NCBI GenBank assembly: GCA_963702475.1
Contig: CAVPCT010000005.1
Coordinates: 736,001 to 800,000, forward strand
DNA from: an uncultured Thermoleophilia bacterium
GTDB taxonomy: Bacteria; Actinomycetota; Thermoleophilia; UBA2241
Length of the DNA: 64,000 bases
Direction: 5' to 3'
Notes under the pieces: generated by a model
Seen by the model: the letters and a program-made list of their open reading frames with translations, nothing else
What the model was told of the DNA's origin: nothing
Database searches by the model: none
Shown: one piece after another, positions 40,771-50,547 of the stretch
How the letters are laid out: every line of letters starts with the position of its first letter
Numbering within the stretch: position 1 is the stretch's first letter
Program-made: the position numbers and the translations under genes

Positions 40771-41595
40771 TCAGCCCAGCAGCGTGGGCTTGCGCAACTC
40801 CCGGCAGTGGCAGTCGTCGTCGTCCGGAAGCGTTGCCAGTGCCGTGAGCAGGATGCGGGCCATGAGCGCCGAGTCTTCTCGGAACATGGTGGCCAGCACC
40901 TCGTGCTCCCACTCCTGCACCACGCCCTCTCCGTAGTTGACGACGAGGTAGATGCCCGCGTAGCAGGCGCCGATGTCGCGGGCCAGCCACACCTCGGGGC
41001 AGAAGCTCTGGCCCACCACGTCGCCGAGCGTCTGCAGGTGGCGGACCTCGGCCGGCGACTCGAAACGCGGCCCTTCGGTGACGACGTAGGTGCCCCGCGA
41101 GAACAGGCGGCGCGAGGGGGCCAGCACGCGCGCCGCCCCGAGAAGCGCCTCTCGACCGGTTTCGCACACCGGGTCGCGCATGATGAGCAGGTGGCCGCCG
41201 GCCACCAGGCCGTAGCGATCGCGGTCGGTGGTCTGGTCCACGAAGTCGTCGACCACGATGAAATCGCCCGGGTCGAGCAGGTGGTTGAGGCTGCCGACGC
41301 CGGCGTCCGAGAGGATCCTCCTGACGCCGGCCCTATGCAGCACGCTGAACACCTGGCGGGAGGCGCGCCCGCGCGAGACGCCCTTGCGCCAGCCGTGCAG
41401 GCGCACGTGCAGGACGGCCCGCCCGCCGATCTCGAACAACGTGAACGGCGGGCTCTCGCCCCACGGCGTCTCGAAGACGAGGTCGCGCTCGACGAGGCGA
41501 GCGGCAGGATGGAGTTCGCCGGGAAACGCGGCGGCCAGCGAGCCGGAACCGCCGATGACGGCGAGCCTGGCGTCGGGGATCGCCGCCACGCTCAA
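40771..41595 (-). CDS. MTAP/MTIP-family purine nucleoside phosphorylase
   Basis: AVIGGSG, ETPWG, GVGSL, DFVDQT, EGPRFESPAE, C-terminal CHC; start overlaps upstream stop. Confidence 0.85.
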   Translation of the reverse strand: MSVAAIPDARLAVIGGSGSLAAAFPGELHPAARLVERDLVFETPWGESPPFTLFEIGGRAVLHVRLHGWRKGVSRGRASRQVFSVLHRAGVRRILSDAGVGSLNHLLDPGDFIVVDDFVDQTTDRDRYGLVAGGHLLIMRDPVCETGREALLGAARVLAPSRRLFSRGTYVVTEGPRFESPAEVRHLQTLGDVVGQSFCPEVWLARDIGACYAGIYLVVNYGEGVVQEWEHEVLATMFREDSALMARILLTALATLPDDDDCHCRELRKPTLLG

Positions 41596-42377
41596 TACCC
41601 CGCCAGGTCGGGCGTGACGCGCAGCGTCATGAGCTGCACGTGGTCGCCGTGGTCGGACGTGTACCGGCTCAGCGCCTGGTCCAGCGAGGGCGGCAGTCCG
41701 CGCACCTCGCCGAGTACGCTCTTGCCGCGCGCCACCGCATCGCCCAGAGCGACCTGGGGTCTCGCTATGTGGGTGACCACCAGCAGCAACGAGGGGTCGC
41801 GGGCCAGCTGGATGGCGATCTCCACGTCCGCGTAGCGCCCGAGGATGCGGTACTGCTTGATGGCCGTGACCTTGCCGTCGACGGGGCTGACCACCGCGGA
41901 GCCCGGCACGGCCCCGACGTCGAGCCCCGACGTTGCGGGAGACGTCTGCGTCCCCGTGCCGTCCATGAGGTAGTACTGCACGCCGCCTCCTCCGGCAAAG
42001 ACGCCGGCGAGCGCTTCTCCGAGACCGCCGCCGCCGAGACGCTCCCCGGCCGGCGAGAACGGGACGGTACCTTCGTAGTCCACCGGATGATAGGCGATCG
42101 CCGTGGTGACATCGCGAGCCACCGGCAGGACGACATCGACACCGTCGACGCTGGCCACCACGACCTCGCCGGCATCGCCCGGACTGGCGTCGGTCGCGGG
42201 CAGGGCGGCGCTCTGCGGCACCCGGGCCGGGGTCTCCCCGGGGACGGCGTACGCAGCCCACACCGCGACGGCGATGAGGGCGACGAGGACGGCCAGGGCG
42301 ACTATGCGCCGGCGCAGGATCTGGTTCCGGCGACGAGGGCTGTCGCTCCGCCGACGGCCTTCCGGAGCGGTGCGCAT
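41592..42377 (-). CDS. Membrane-anchored M23-peptidase-like protein (degenerate)
   Basis: N-terminal TM; GLDVGAVPGSAVVSPVDGKV, VTHI, VALGDAVARG resemble the M23/LytM fold. Confidence 0.6.
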   Translation of the reverse strand: MRTAPEGRRRSDSPRRRNQILRRRIVALAVLVALIAVAVWAAYAVPGETPARVPQSAALPATDASPGDAGEVVVASVDGVDVVLPVARDVTTAIAYHPVDYEGTVPFSPAGERLGGGGLGEALAGVFAGGGGVQYYLMDGTGTQTSPATSGLDVGAVPGSAVVSPVDGKVTAIKQYRILGRYADVEIAIQLARDPSLLLVVTHIARPQVALGDAVARGKSVLGEVRGLPPSLDQALSRYTSDHGDHVQLMTLRVTPDLAGY

Positions 42378-42604
42378 GACCTGAGCAACGTACACGCGCC
42401 GCTCCGCGGTCGCAAGCCGGCTGGCGTTCAGGACCACCGCGAACGCGTCACGGCCTCCCCGCGACCGTTGTCACCCCTGACGATGGTTCATGCGATGCAG
42501 CACTCAATGTCGGTCGCCTCCGGCCGATACCCGGGATAGGCGGACGTTCCACCGCAGAGCGCCCGGAACCACGTTGACACCACTGCTGGGCTCGGAGGTG
42601 AGCC

Positions 42605-43132
42605 GTGAAGTCCCGTCAAGGGAAGCTCTCGCTGCTGGTGGCGCTCGCGGTCCTCGTGTTCGCGGCGTGCGCCGCACCCTCCCTTGCAGGTACCCAGCTC
42701 AACCCCTACGAGCAGCAGCTGGTCAAGTACATCAACCAGGAGCGCGCGAAGCAGGGTCTCAAGAAGCTCAAGGTGCACGCCGACCTCGTCGCGGCCGCAC
42801 GCGCGCACTCGACCGACATGGGGATGAACAAGTACTTCCAGCACGACTCCCTGGACGGCTCCACCTTCGTCAAGCGCATCGTCGCCGCCGGGTACGAGCG
42901 TGAGGGCTACGACTCCTGGAAGGCCGGCGAGACCATCGGCTGGGGCGCCGGCCTGTTCTCCAGCCCCGTGGTGATCGTCCAGCAATGGATGGAGTCGCCC
43001 GCCCACAAGGCCGTCATCCTCAACAAGTCGCTCAGGGAGATCGGCGTCGGTGCGGTGAGCACCGAGGGCTACGGGTCCATAGAGGGCACCGTCTGGTTCT
43101 TCACCATGGATGCGGCCGCGCGCGCCAAGTGA
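42605..43132 (+). CDS. Secreted CAP/SCP-domain protein
   Basis: Signal peptide; INQERAKQGL, AARAHSTDM, YFQH, GETIG, WMESPAHKAVIL. Confidence 0.9.
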   Translation: MKSRQGKLSLLVALAVLVFAACAAPSLAGTQLNPYEQQLVKYINQERAKQGLKKLKVHADLVAAARAHSTDMGMNKYFQHDSLDGSTFVKRIVAAGYEREGYDSWKAGETIGWGAGLFSSPVVIVQQWMESPAHKAVILNKSLREIGVGAVSTEGYGSIEGTVWFFTMDAAARAK

Positions 43133-43247
43133 CGGACGGACGCGCGCGGTGACCTCGAAGGGGCGCGGATGCGCCCCTTCTCGCGTACGGGCACGTGTCG
43201 CCGGCCGGCGAGCGGCCGCCGTCCGGGCAGTCGAGTAGGATGACCGC

Positions 43248-45653
43248 GTGAGCGCGAGCACGGACACGGCAGGGGGCGGCGGCGCGACGGAGCGCCGCCT
43301 CGCGGCCCTGTTCCGTGAGGGCGGTCACGAACAGGTGGTGGCCGTCGCCCACGAGGCGGCGCGCCGGGGGCGCGCCGCCTCGCTGCCCGACGACCTGCCG
43401 GAGGCGCTCCGCGAGGCGCTCGTCGCCGCCGGCGTCGGCGAGCTCTACGGCCACCAGCGCGCGGCGTACGACCTGCTGGCCGCCGGCAGCCACGTCGTCG
43501 TCAGCACCGGCACGGCGAGCGGCAAGAGCCTCTGCTACCAGCTCGCCGTGCTCGATGCATACGCGCGCGACCCGCAGAGCCGCGCGCTCCTCCTCTTCCC
43601 CACCAAGGCCCTCGCCCAGGACCAGGCGCGCAAGCTGTCCGGCCTGCGGCCCGACCGCAGCGCGCACGGCAAGAATCTGCGGCCCGCCGTGCCGGCCATC
43701 TACGACGGCGACACGCCCAAGGACGTGCGCGCCGACGTGCGGCGCAACTCCACCATCCTGCTCAGCAACCCCGACATGCTGCATCTCGGCATCCTGCCGA
43801 GCCACGAGCGCTGGGCCGAGTTCCTGCACCATCTGCGCTTCGTCGTGCTCGACGAGGCCCACGTCTACCGCGGCGTGTTCGGCAGCCACGTCGCCCAGGT
43901 GGTCCGCCGCCTGCGCCGCCTGTGCGCCTACTACGGCGGCGACCCGCTGTTCGTGCTCACCTCCGCCACCATCGCCGAGCCGCAGGCCTTCGCCGAGCGC
44001 CTCGTGGGCGTGTCGTTCACGGCTGTCGACGAGGACCAGGCGCCGCGACCGGAGCGCACGGTGGTGTTCTGGAACCCGCCGCTCGAGGACCCGGCGGCGG
44101 GCACCCGGCGCAGCGCCCTGGCCGAAGCGAGCTACGTCACGGCCGAGAGCGTGCTTGCCGGCGCGCGCGTGATCGCCTTCGCCCCCACGCGCAAGGCGGC
44201 GGAGTTGGTGTACGGGCACGTGCGCCGCCGCCTCGAGGACCGCGACCCCGGCGGCGCCGCGGCGCGCGTCATGCCCTACCGTGCCGGCTACACGCCGCAG
44301 CAGCGGCGCGACATCGAGCGTCGCCTGTTCGCGCACGAGCTCGACGCCGTCGTGGCCACGCAGGCGCTCGAGCTCGGTATCGACGTCGGCAGCCTGGACG
44401 TCTCGCTGGTCACCGGCTTTCCCGGCACGGTCACCAGCCTGCGCCAGCGCTGGGGCCGGGCCGGCCGCAAGGGGCACGGCTGGGCCGTGCTGGTGGCCGG
44501 CCAGGACGCACTCGACCAGTACTTCATGCGCGAGCCGGAGCTGCTGCTCTCGCGCCGCGTCGAAGAAGCCATCATCGACCTGCACAACCCGCACATCTCG
44601 GCGCGTCACCTGGAGGCCGCCGCGTACGAGCGGCCCCTCACGCCGTCGGACGAGGCCTACTTCGGCGCCGAGGGCATGCTCACCGCGGAGCGCCTGGCCG
44701 AGTCCGGCCGGCTCCGCCGCCACGCGGACGGCCTGGTGTGGGGGCAGCCCCACTCGCCGGCCGCCGAGACGAGCCTGCGCACCGCCGGCCGCGAGCAGTT
44801 CGTCATCGTCGAGCGCCACAGCGGCGAGCTCATCGGCACGCTCGAACACGAGCGCGTGTTCCGCTTCGCCCACCCGGGCGCCGTGTACCTGCATCTGGGC
44901 CGCAGCTACCTCGTCACCGGCCTCGACCTCCCCGGCCGCACGGTGCTCGTGGAGGACTTCGACGGCACGTACTACACGCAGGCCAAGGTGGACAAGAACG
45001 TGCTCATCGCCGGGCAGGCGGGCATGCGTCCCCTGCCCGGCGGCCCGCTGTTCTTCGGCGAGATCGAGGTCACCGAGCAGGTCATCGCCTACCAGAAGCG
45101 CGACATGACCGACCAGCACATCATCGACACCACGAGCCTCGACCTGCCCGAGCAGACGTTCACCACACAGGCCTTCTGGCTGGCCGTGCCCGCCGCCACC
45201 GTCGATGGGGCTCTGGGCCCGCTCGTGCCCGCCCTGCCTGAAGAAGTCGGGCACGCCGACAAGCCCCGCGGTCCAGAGACGGTCGTCCCCGGATCGTTGC
45301 ACGCCGCCGAGCACGCCCTCATCGCCCTGTTGCCGCTCTACGCCATGTGCGACCGCTGGGACATCGGCGGCCTCAGCACGCCGTGGCATTGGCAGACCGA
45401 CGTGGCGAGCATCTTCGTGTACGACGGCTACCCGGGCGGCATCGGGCTCGCGAAGCGCGGCTACGATGCCTTCGAGAGCCTCGCCGCCGACGCCGCTGCG
45501 CTGGTAGCCGCCTGCCCCTGCGAGAGCGGCTGCCCGAGCTGCGTGCAGAGCCCCAAGTGCGGCAACCTCAACGAGCCGCTGCACAAGGCCGGGTCGGTGG
45601 CCCTGCTGCGTGCGCTGCTCGGCCACCCGCCGGCCGGCGCTCTCCGTGCCTGA
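43248..45653 (+). CDS. DEAH-box helicase with DUF1998 (Hrq1/MrfA/SftH-like)
   Basis: TGTASGKS, PTKALAQDQ, LDEAH, TSAT, ALELGIDVG, QRWGRAGR; C-terminal YDGYPGG and CPCESGCPSC. Confidence 0.93.
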   Translation: MSASTDTAGGGGATERRLAALFREGGHEQVVAVAHEAARRGRAASLPDDLPEALREALVAAGVGELYGHQRAAYDLLAAGSHVVVSTGTASGKSLCYQLAVLDAYARDPQSRALLLFPTKALAQDQARKLSGLRPDRSAHGKNLRPAVPAIYDGDTPKDVRADVRRNSTILLSNPDMLHLGILPSHERWAEFLHHLRFVVLDEAHVYRGVFGSHVAQVVRRLRRLCAYYGGDPLFVLTSATIAEPQAFAERLVGVSFTAVDEDQAPRPERTVVFWNPPLEDPAAGTRRSALAEASYVTAESVLAGARVIAFAPTRKAAELVYGHVRRRLEDRDPGGAAARVMPYRAGYTPQQRRDIERRLFAHELDAVVATQALELGIDVGSLDVSLVTGFPGTVTSLRQRWGRAGRKGHGWAVLVAGQDALDQYFMREPELLLSRRVEEAIIDLHNPHISARHLEAAAYERPLTPSDEAYFGAEGMLTAERLAESGRLRRHADGLVWGQPHSPAAETSLRTAGREQFVIVERHSGELIGTLEHERVFRFAHPGAVYLHLGRSYLVTGLDLPGRTVLVEDFDGTYYTQAKVDKNVLIAGQAGMRPLPGGPLFFGEIEVTEQVIAYQKRDMTDQHIIDTTSLDLPEQTFTTQAFWLAVPAATVDGALGPLVPALPEEVGHADKPRGPETVVPGSLHAAEHALIALLPLYAMCDRWDIGGLSTPWHWQTDVASIFVYDGYPGGIGLAKRGYDAFESLAADAAALVAACPCESGCPSCVQSPKCGNLNEPLHKAGSVALLRALLGHPPAGALRA

Positions 45654-45819
45654 GCCCGGCCGGAGAGCCGGCGCGCCGGCGCCCCGCCGGCACGTCCGCA
45701 CCGCCGGGGCGCCGGCGGCAGGGCGGTGATGCCCGAAGGCCGCCGAGCTTGACGGTGCGCTATCATGGAGATAGGCCGTGAAGCGTCGCCGCGGGAGAGC
45801 CCGATCCTGGAGGAGAGGC

Positions 45820-46245
45820 ATGGTGAAGAGCGTGCGGTCCAGAGCGTCCAGCGCTGCGGTCCTCGCACTCGCCGTGTTCGCAGCGGCCATGGTCCTCGGC
45901 GCCGCCGGGCCGGCGGCGGACGCCGGCGCGCGGACGCGCGCTCAGGGTCCCACACTGGTCGCCGGTATCTCGACGCACTATCCCTGCGGCGACCCGGTGT
46001 GGTTGCGCGCCCGCCTCAAGGACGGCTCCGCGGTCAAGGGCACCCGCGTGACGTTCTCGTTCAAGCTCACGTCGGGGGCGGTGAGGCTGCACGCGACGAC
46101 CGACGCCAAGGGCATCGCCCGAGTCAGGATCCAGCCGACCGCCGAGACGGCGCAGCAGGGCGTGAGGGTGCGGGTGGTGGCGAAGGCCGTCTACGAGGGC
46201 AAGACCCTGACGGCGACCACCTGGTTCACGCCGAAGTACTCCTGA
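45820..46245 (+). CDS. Secreted hypothetical protein, Ig-like beta-sandwich
   Basis: Strong RBS GGAGGAG, signal peptide, ATTDAKGIA motif typical of Ig-like domains. Confidence 0.65.
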   Translation: MVKSVRSRASSAAVLALAVFAAAMVLGAAGPAADAGARTRAQGPTLVAGISTHYPCGDPVWLRARLKDGSAVKGTRVTFSFKLTSGAVRLHATTDAKGIARVRIQPTAETAQQGVRVRVVAKAVYEGKTLTATTWFTPKYS

Positions 46246-46347
46246 GGACCCTGAAGCCCGGCGGTCGCCGGGCGAGCAGCGAAGCCCGAGGCCGGGTTTC
46301 GTGCGGCACGCTGAGGGCCCAGGCCGGCCGCCGCCGGCGGCGCTGAG

Positions 46348-48040
46348 TCAGGCAGGCGTGCCCGCCTGCCCGGCCACGGCGTCCTCGCCGAGCAGCTGGG
46401 TGGCGCGCAGGCCCAGGTAGAGCTCGACGATGTCGTCGGGATCCTGCAGGTCCACGCCGAGCAGGCTCTCTATGCGCCGCAGCCGCTTCTGCAGGGTGTT
46501 GCGGTGCACGAACAGCGCCTCCGCCGTAGGCTGGATGGCCCAATGGTGGTCCAGCCACACGCGCAGGGTCGTCACCAGCTGCCCGTGCCGGCGCCGGTCA
46601 TACTCGATGAGGGGAGCCATGGTGCGGCGCGCCATGTCGGCCAGCGCCTCCTCGCTCTGGCCCGCGAGCAGTCGAAAGCGCCCGCTCATCGCCTCGAACA
46701 GCACGAGCCCGTGCGTGTCCACCCCGCGGGCCGCCGCCGCGGCCGCGTCCGTGGCCTCCTGGAGGGCCCGGCGCCCGTCGAGAGGGTCGGCGTGGGCGGC
46801 GGAGGCGCCGACCGTCAGCGTGACGTCGTAGGGCTCGCCGGCGGCGTACGCCTTGAACACCAGCAGCAGGTCGCGGGCCGACCCGGCGCCCACGACGGCC
46901 GCGCCGTCGGGCATCAGCAGCGATATCGAGCGCCGCCCGGGACGGCTGAGAAACGGGATGAGGCGGTCGCCGAAGAAGCTGTCGACCGCGTCCGTCAGCG
47001 CGTCCTCCTGCTCGGTCATGGGGCGCCGCGGAGCGCCTGGGAGGTGCTCGATCTGGCAGAGCGCGAGCCGCCACGGCTCGCGCAGGTCGAGCCCGTGCTC
47101 GAGCACCCAGGCGGTCGAGCTCCTCGGCGGTGGACGTGCCCGAGACGACCTCGCGCAGCAGGCGCTGGCGCATACGCTGGGTGGCCACGATCTCGTCGCG
47201 GCGCCGCAGCAGGTCCAGGGTGACCAGACGCTGCAGGAACGACAGCGCCATGTGCGCGAACTCGGTGCTGGACGGGTGCCCCACCTGCGCCACGAGGAGC
47301 CGCTCCACCTTGCCGTACAGCACGACCTCGCGGCAGAGGAACGCCTCGTCGCCTGCCTCCACGAAGCCCAGGGGGGCCAGTGAGGGCGTCGCGGCCCCCC
47401 AGGCGTTCCACGCCTTGGCCGCCGTGCGCGCCGGGTCTCGCGTACCCGCGAACCCCACCGGGGCGCCCGTGCCGTCCAGCAGCAAGAGCGGCAGCCCGAT
47501 GAGCGACGCCACCTTGCCCAGGAGCTCGTCGACCGGGGCGTCGGCGATGAGCAGGTCGAGCAGGTCGTTCTGCATGGCCACGGTGCGGCGCAGACGGTGG
47601 AGATCGCCCGACGAGAGCGCGTGGTACACGTACGAGAAGACGGAGCGTACGGCGAGTGGCGGATGGATCTCGAGGATGGGCAGCTTGAGCCGCACGGCGT
47701 GCTCGACCACAGCCGGCGGCACCACGTCGATGAAATGGCCCATGGCGATCGCGAGGGCGGCCGTGTCGATGGCGGTGAGGCGGTCCAGCAGCCGCACGGC
47801 GGCCTCGTCGTCACCGGCGAAGTTGCGTCCCGAGACGACGAGCACGCTCTCGCCGGAGAGGTAGGGAACGGGGTCCTCCGCATCCGAGAAGTGGATGCCC
47901 TTGACCACGCGACCGAGGCCGGCGGCGCCCGTGGCCGTCGTCAGCCCGAGGCCGGAATCCTCAACCAGCTCACGGACCGTCAGGGCCCGTTCGCCGCCCT
48001 CCGTCGCCACCTCGGCGCCCTCGCTTTCGTCATAAGCCAC
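46348..48040 (-). pseudogene. PucR/CdaR-family transcriptional regulator split by a frameshift at ~47113
   Basis: N-terminal PucR domain (LTVRELV...GLGRVV...DPVPYLSG) in one frame and C-terminal HTH (TAEALFVHRNTLQKRLRRIE) in another; one extra base in GACCGCCTGG. Confidence 0.8.
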
Positions 48041-48200
48041 GGGTGTTCATTTGCACACCGAATCGCCGAAGAGTGTGCGTCCGGGTGCCATTGTAACGCT
48101 CGCGCCAAGCGTACACTACGTGTGTACTCCAGCACAGACGACAGCACCCGGCCTCCGCTCCGCGGAAACGGCCGCACGAGATGATGAAGAGGAGAACACG

Positions 48201-48581
48201 ATGTACTCCACCGCTTGGATCACGGCCCACGACCTGAGCCTGGTCTTCGATCCGCAGGGCCGCTTGTGGCACTTCCGCTCCACCTCGCACAGCGCTCCCT
48301 CCATCGGCGCCGCCCTGGAGGGCACCGACATGGTCATCACCCTGGCGACGCCCGGTGCGGGCCCCGGCGACCTCGCCGTCGAGCTCGACGGCAGCGTGCT
48401 GAAGATCACCGGGGAGGCCGGGAGCCTGCGCGGTCTGGTGGCTACCGTGGGGCTCCCCAAGCACGTCGAGCTCCATGCGCTGGAGACGGCCTACGGCGAC
48501 GACGCCTTCGTGGTCCGCGTGCCGCTCGCCCCGGCGACCCTGGAGGCCCCCGAGCGGCAAGCGGTGCCGGTCGCCTGCTGA
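48201..48581 (+). CDS. Divergent Hsp20/alpha-crystallin-like protein
   Basis: GAGGAG RBS; PG...DLAVELDGSVLKITGE...LP...AYGDDAFVVRVP matches the sHSP pattern. Confidence 0.65.
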   Translation: MYSTAWITAHDLSLVFDPQGRLWHFRSTSHSAPSIGAALEGTDMVITLATPGAGPGDLAVELDGSVLKITGEAGSLRGLVATVGLPKHVELHALETAYGDDAFVVRVPLAPATLEAPERQAVPVAC

Positions 48582-48745
48582 CGCAGCTGCACACAGGCCC
48601 GCCGGCCCCCTACGGTCTGGGCCTTTCCCCCTGCGAGGGCCGGGAGCAGCTCGCTGTTCCCGGCCCTCGGCGCGTACGCACGCGTGTGCGCACGGCCCGC
48701 GCTGGGATAGGCTGCGGCAAGCCTCCCCCGACAGACCGGATACGC

Positions 48746-49933
48746 ATGCAGGACCCCTTCGTCATCGAGCGACTGGACCCCGGGCACATCGACGAGCTCG
48801 CCCCCCTGTGGGCGGCGCTGCTCGATCACGTGGCGGCTCTGCCGGCCGCGCTCGTGCCGGTGCGCCCGGCCGACGAGTCCTGGCCCCTGGAGCGGCGCGA
48901 CGTGCTCGCGGCACTGGCCGGCGACGGCTTCGTGCTCGTCGCCCGCGACGCCGGCCGGACCGTCGGCTACGCGCTCGTCGAGGTCGAAGGCCCGGACCCG
49001 GTCTGGTACACCGGCGACACTCACGCGCACCTTGCGGCGCTGGTCGTCGCGCCCGAGCGCCGCGGGACGGGCGTCGGGAGCGCGCTGCTCGACGCCGTCG
49101 ACGAGGAGCTCGCCCGCCGCGGCGTGGAGGACGTGGAGATCGGCGTGGACACCGGCAACGAGGTCGCGGCCCGCCTGTACGAGAGCCGCGGCTACCGTCC
49201 GGACTTCCGCATCTACTACGGGTCGCCCGGCCGCAGGCCGTGGGCCTGCCTGCGGCGCGAGGAGGAGGACCGCCGGGCCGGGCGCGGCCGCTTCGCCCCG
49301 CCCGGCACGGCGGGCACGCGAGAGCCCGAGCCCGCGTCCGGCCCCGCCTCCGGCCAGCCGGACGCTGCGCAGACGCAGGATGAGCCGCCGGCGGCCGGCC
49401 GCCCCGGCGGCGGCGATTCGGCCGAGCTCGTCATCGAGCCCCTCCCCGCCGCCGAGCTCGACCACCTGGAGCCGCTCTGGACGGTGATGCAGCAGGACCA
49501 CGCCGGCCTGTGGGACGTGCTGCCGGCGCGCGATCCCGACGACTCCTGGCCGCGCCGCCGGCAGCGGTACGCGGACTGGCTGGCGTGCGGAGACTCCTTC
49601 GTCGTCGTGGCGCGCCGCGGCGACAGGCTCGTCGGCTACTTCATGGTGGCGGTCGCCGAGGGCGACGAGACCTTCGCCACCGGCGAGCGGCTGGCGGAGC
49701 TCGAGTCGCTCGTCGTGCTGCACGAGGAGCGCGGCAACGCGATCGGCGAGCAGCTCTTCCAGGCCGGCATGCGGCGCCTGGAAGAGCTGGGCGTGGACGA
49801 CGTGATCAGCGGCGTGCTGCACGGCAACGCCTTTGCGCGCCGCTTCCACGAGAGGCACGGCTTCGTGCCGTTCGTCGACTTCCTGTACGCAAAGCGCGCC
49901 GACATCCAGGCTGCCGGAAGGAGGCCGACGTGA
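48746..49933 (+). CDS. Tandem two-domain GNAT acetyltransferase
   Basis: Two homologous units (LAPLW.../LEPLW..., VAPERRGTGVG / VLHEERGNAIG, LYESRGY / FHERHGF). Confidence 0.85.
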   Translation: MQDPFVIERLDPGHIDELAPLWAALLDHVAALPAALVPVRPADESWPLERRDVLAALAGDGFVLVARDAGRTVGYALVEVEGPDPVWYTGDTHAHLAALVVAPERRGTGVGSALLDAVDEELARRGVEDVEIGVDTGNEVAARLYESRGYRPDFRIYYGSPGRRPWACLRREEEDRRAGRGRFAPPGTAGTREPEPASGPASGQPDAAQTQDEPPAAGRPGGGDSAELVIEPLPAAELDHLEPLWTVMQQDHAGLWDVLPARDPDDSWPRRRQRYADWLACGDSFVVVARRGDRLVGYFMVAVAEGDETFATGERLAELESLVVLHEERGNAIGEQLFQAGMRRLEELGVDDVISGVLHGNAFARRFHERHGFVPFVDFLYAKRADIQAAGRRPT

Positions 49934-50446
49934 ACGCAGCCGAGGTGACGCGCGGCCGGAAGAGCGACGAGCTGCCGCGCTACGTGAGCGTGATCGGCGC
50001 GAGCCGGGCCGACGCGGCCCTCATGGCGACGGCCGAGGAGCTCGGCGAGCTGCTGGCGAGCCGCCGGCTTCACCGTGGTGTGCGGCGGCCGCGAGGGCGT
50101 CATGGAGGCCGTGGCGCGCGGCGTGAGGCGGCGAGGGGGCGTCTCCCTCGGCATCCTTCCGGAGGAGGACCGCCGCCGCGCCGCCCCGGACCTCACCTAC
50201 ACCATCTGCACCGGCATCGGCCACGCCCGCAACCTGAGCGTCGTAGCCAGCGGCGACGTGGTGATCGCCGTGGGCGGGGCCTGGGGAACGCTCAGCGAGA
50301 TCGGCCTGGCGCGGAGCATCGGGCGCCCCGTGATCCTGCTGGGCACGTGGCGGATCCTGCCGCCGCAGGGAGGCGAACTCGACGGGGTGCGGCGGGCGTC
50401 CACACCCGCCGAAGCCGTCGAGCTCGCCGTCGCGGCGCTCGTCTGA
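49930..50446 (+). pseudogene. LOG/TIGR00725-family Rossmann protein with frameshift at ~50063
   Basis: YVSVIGAS...AEELGELLA in one frame and VVCGGREGVMEAV, ARNL, GGAWGTLSEI in the next; removing one C restores the frame. Confidence 0.8.
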
Positions 50447-50547
50447 CCGCCGGTCCACGCGAACGTCAACCACTCGCGCGGTCGGCGGGGACGTCTCCCG
50501 GCTTGCGCGGCTGCTACAGTACCCACTACGTCGTTGAATCCGGCCCA

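Noticed and set aside
43248-45653. DUF1998 helicase as part of a DISARM/Druantia defence system
   Set aside because: Stand-alone Hrq1/MrfA-type architecture with no partner defence genes adjacent.
49510-50547. 1307-aa ORF as a LOG-MalT fusion
   Set aside because: Artefact of a stop-free frame running through the GNAT end and the frameshifted LOG gene; the regulator begins near 50548.
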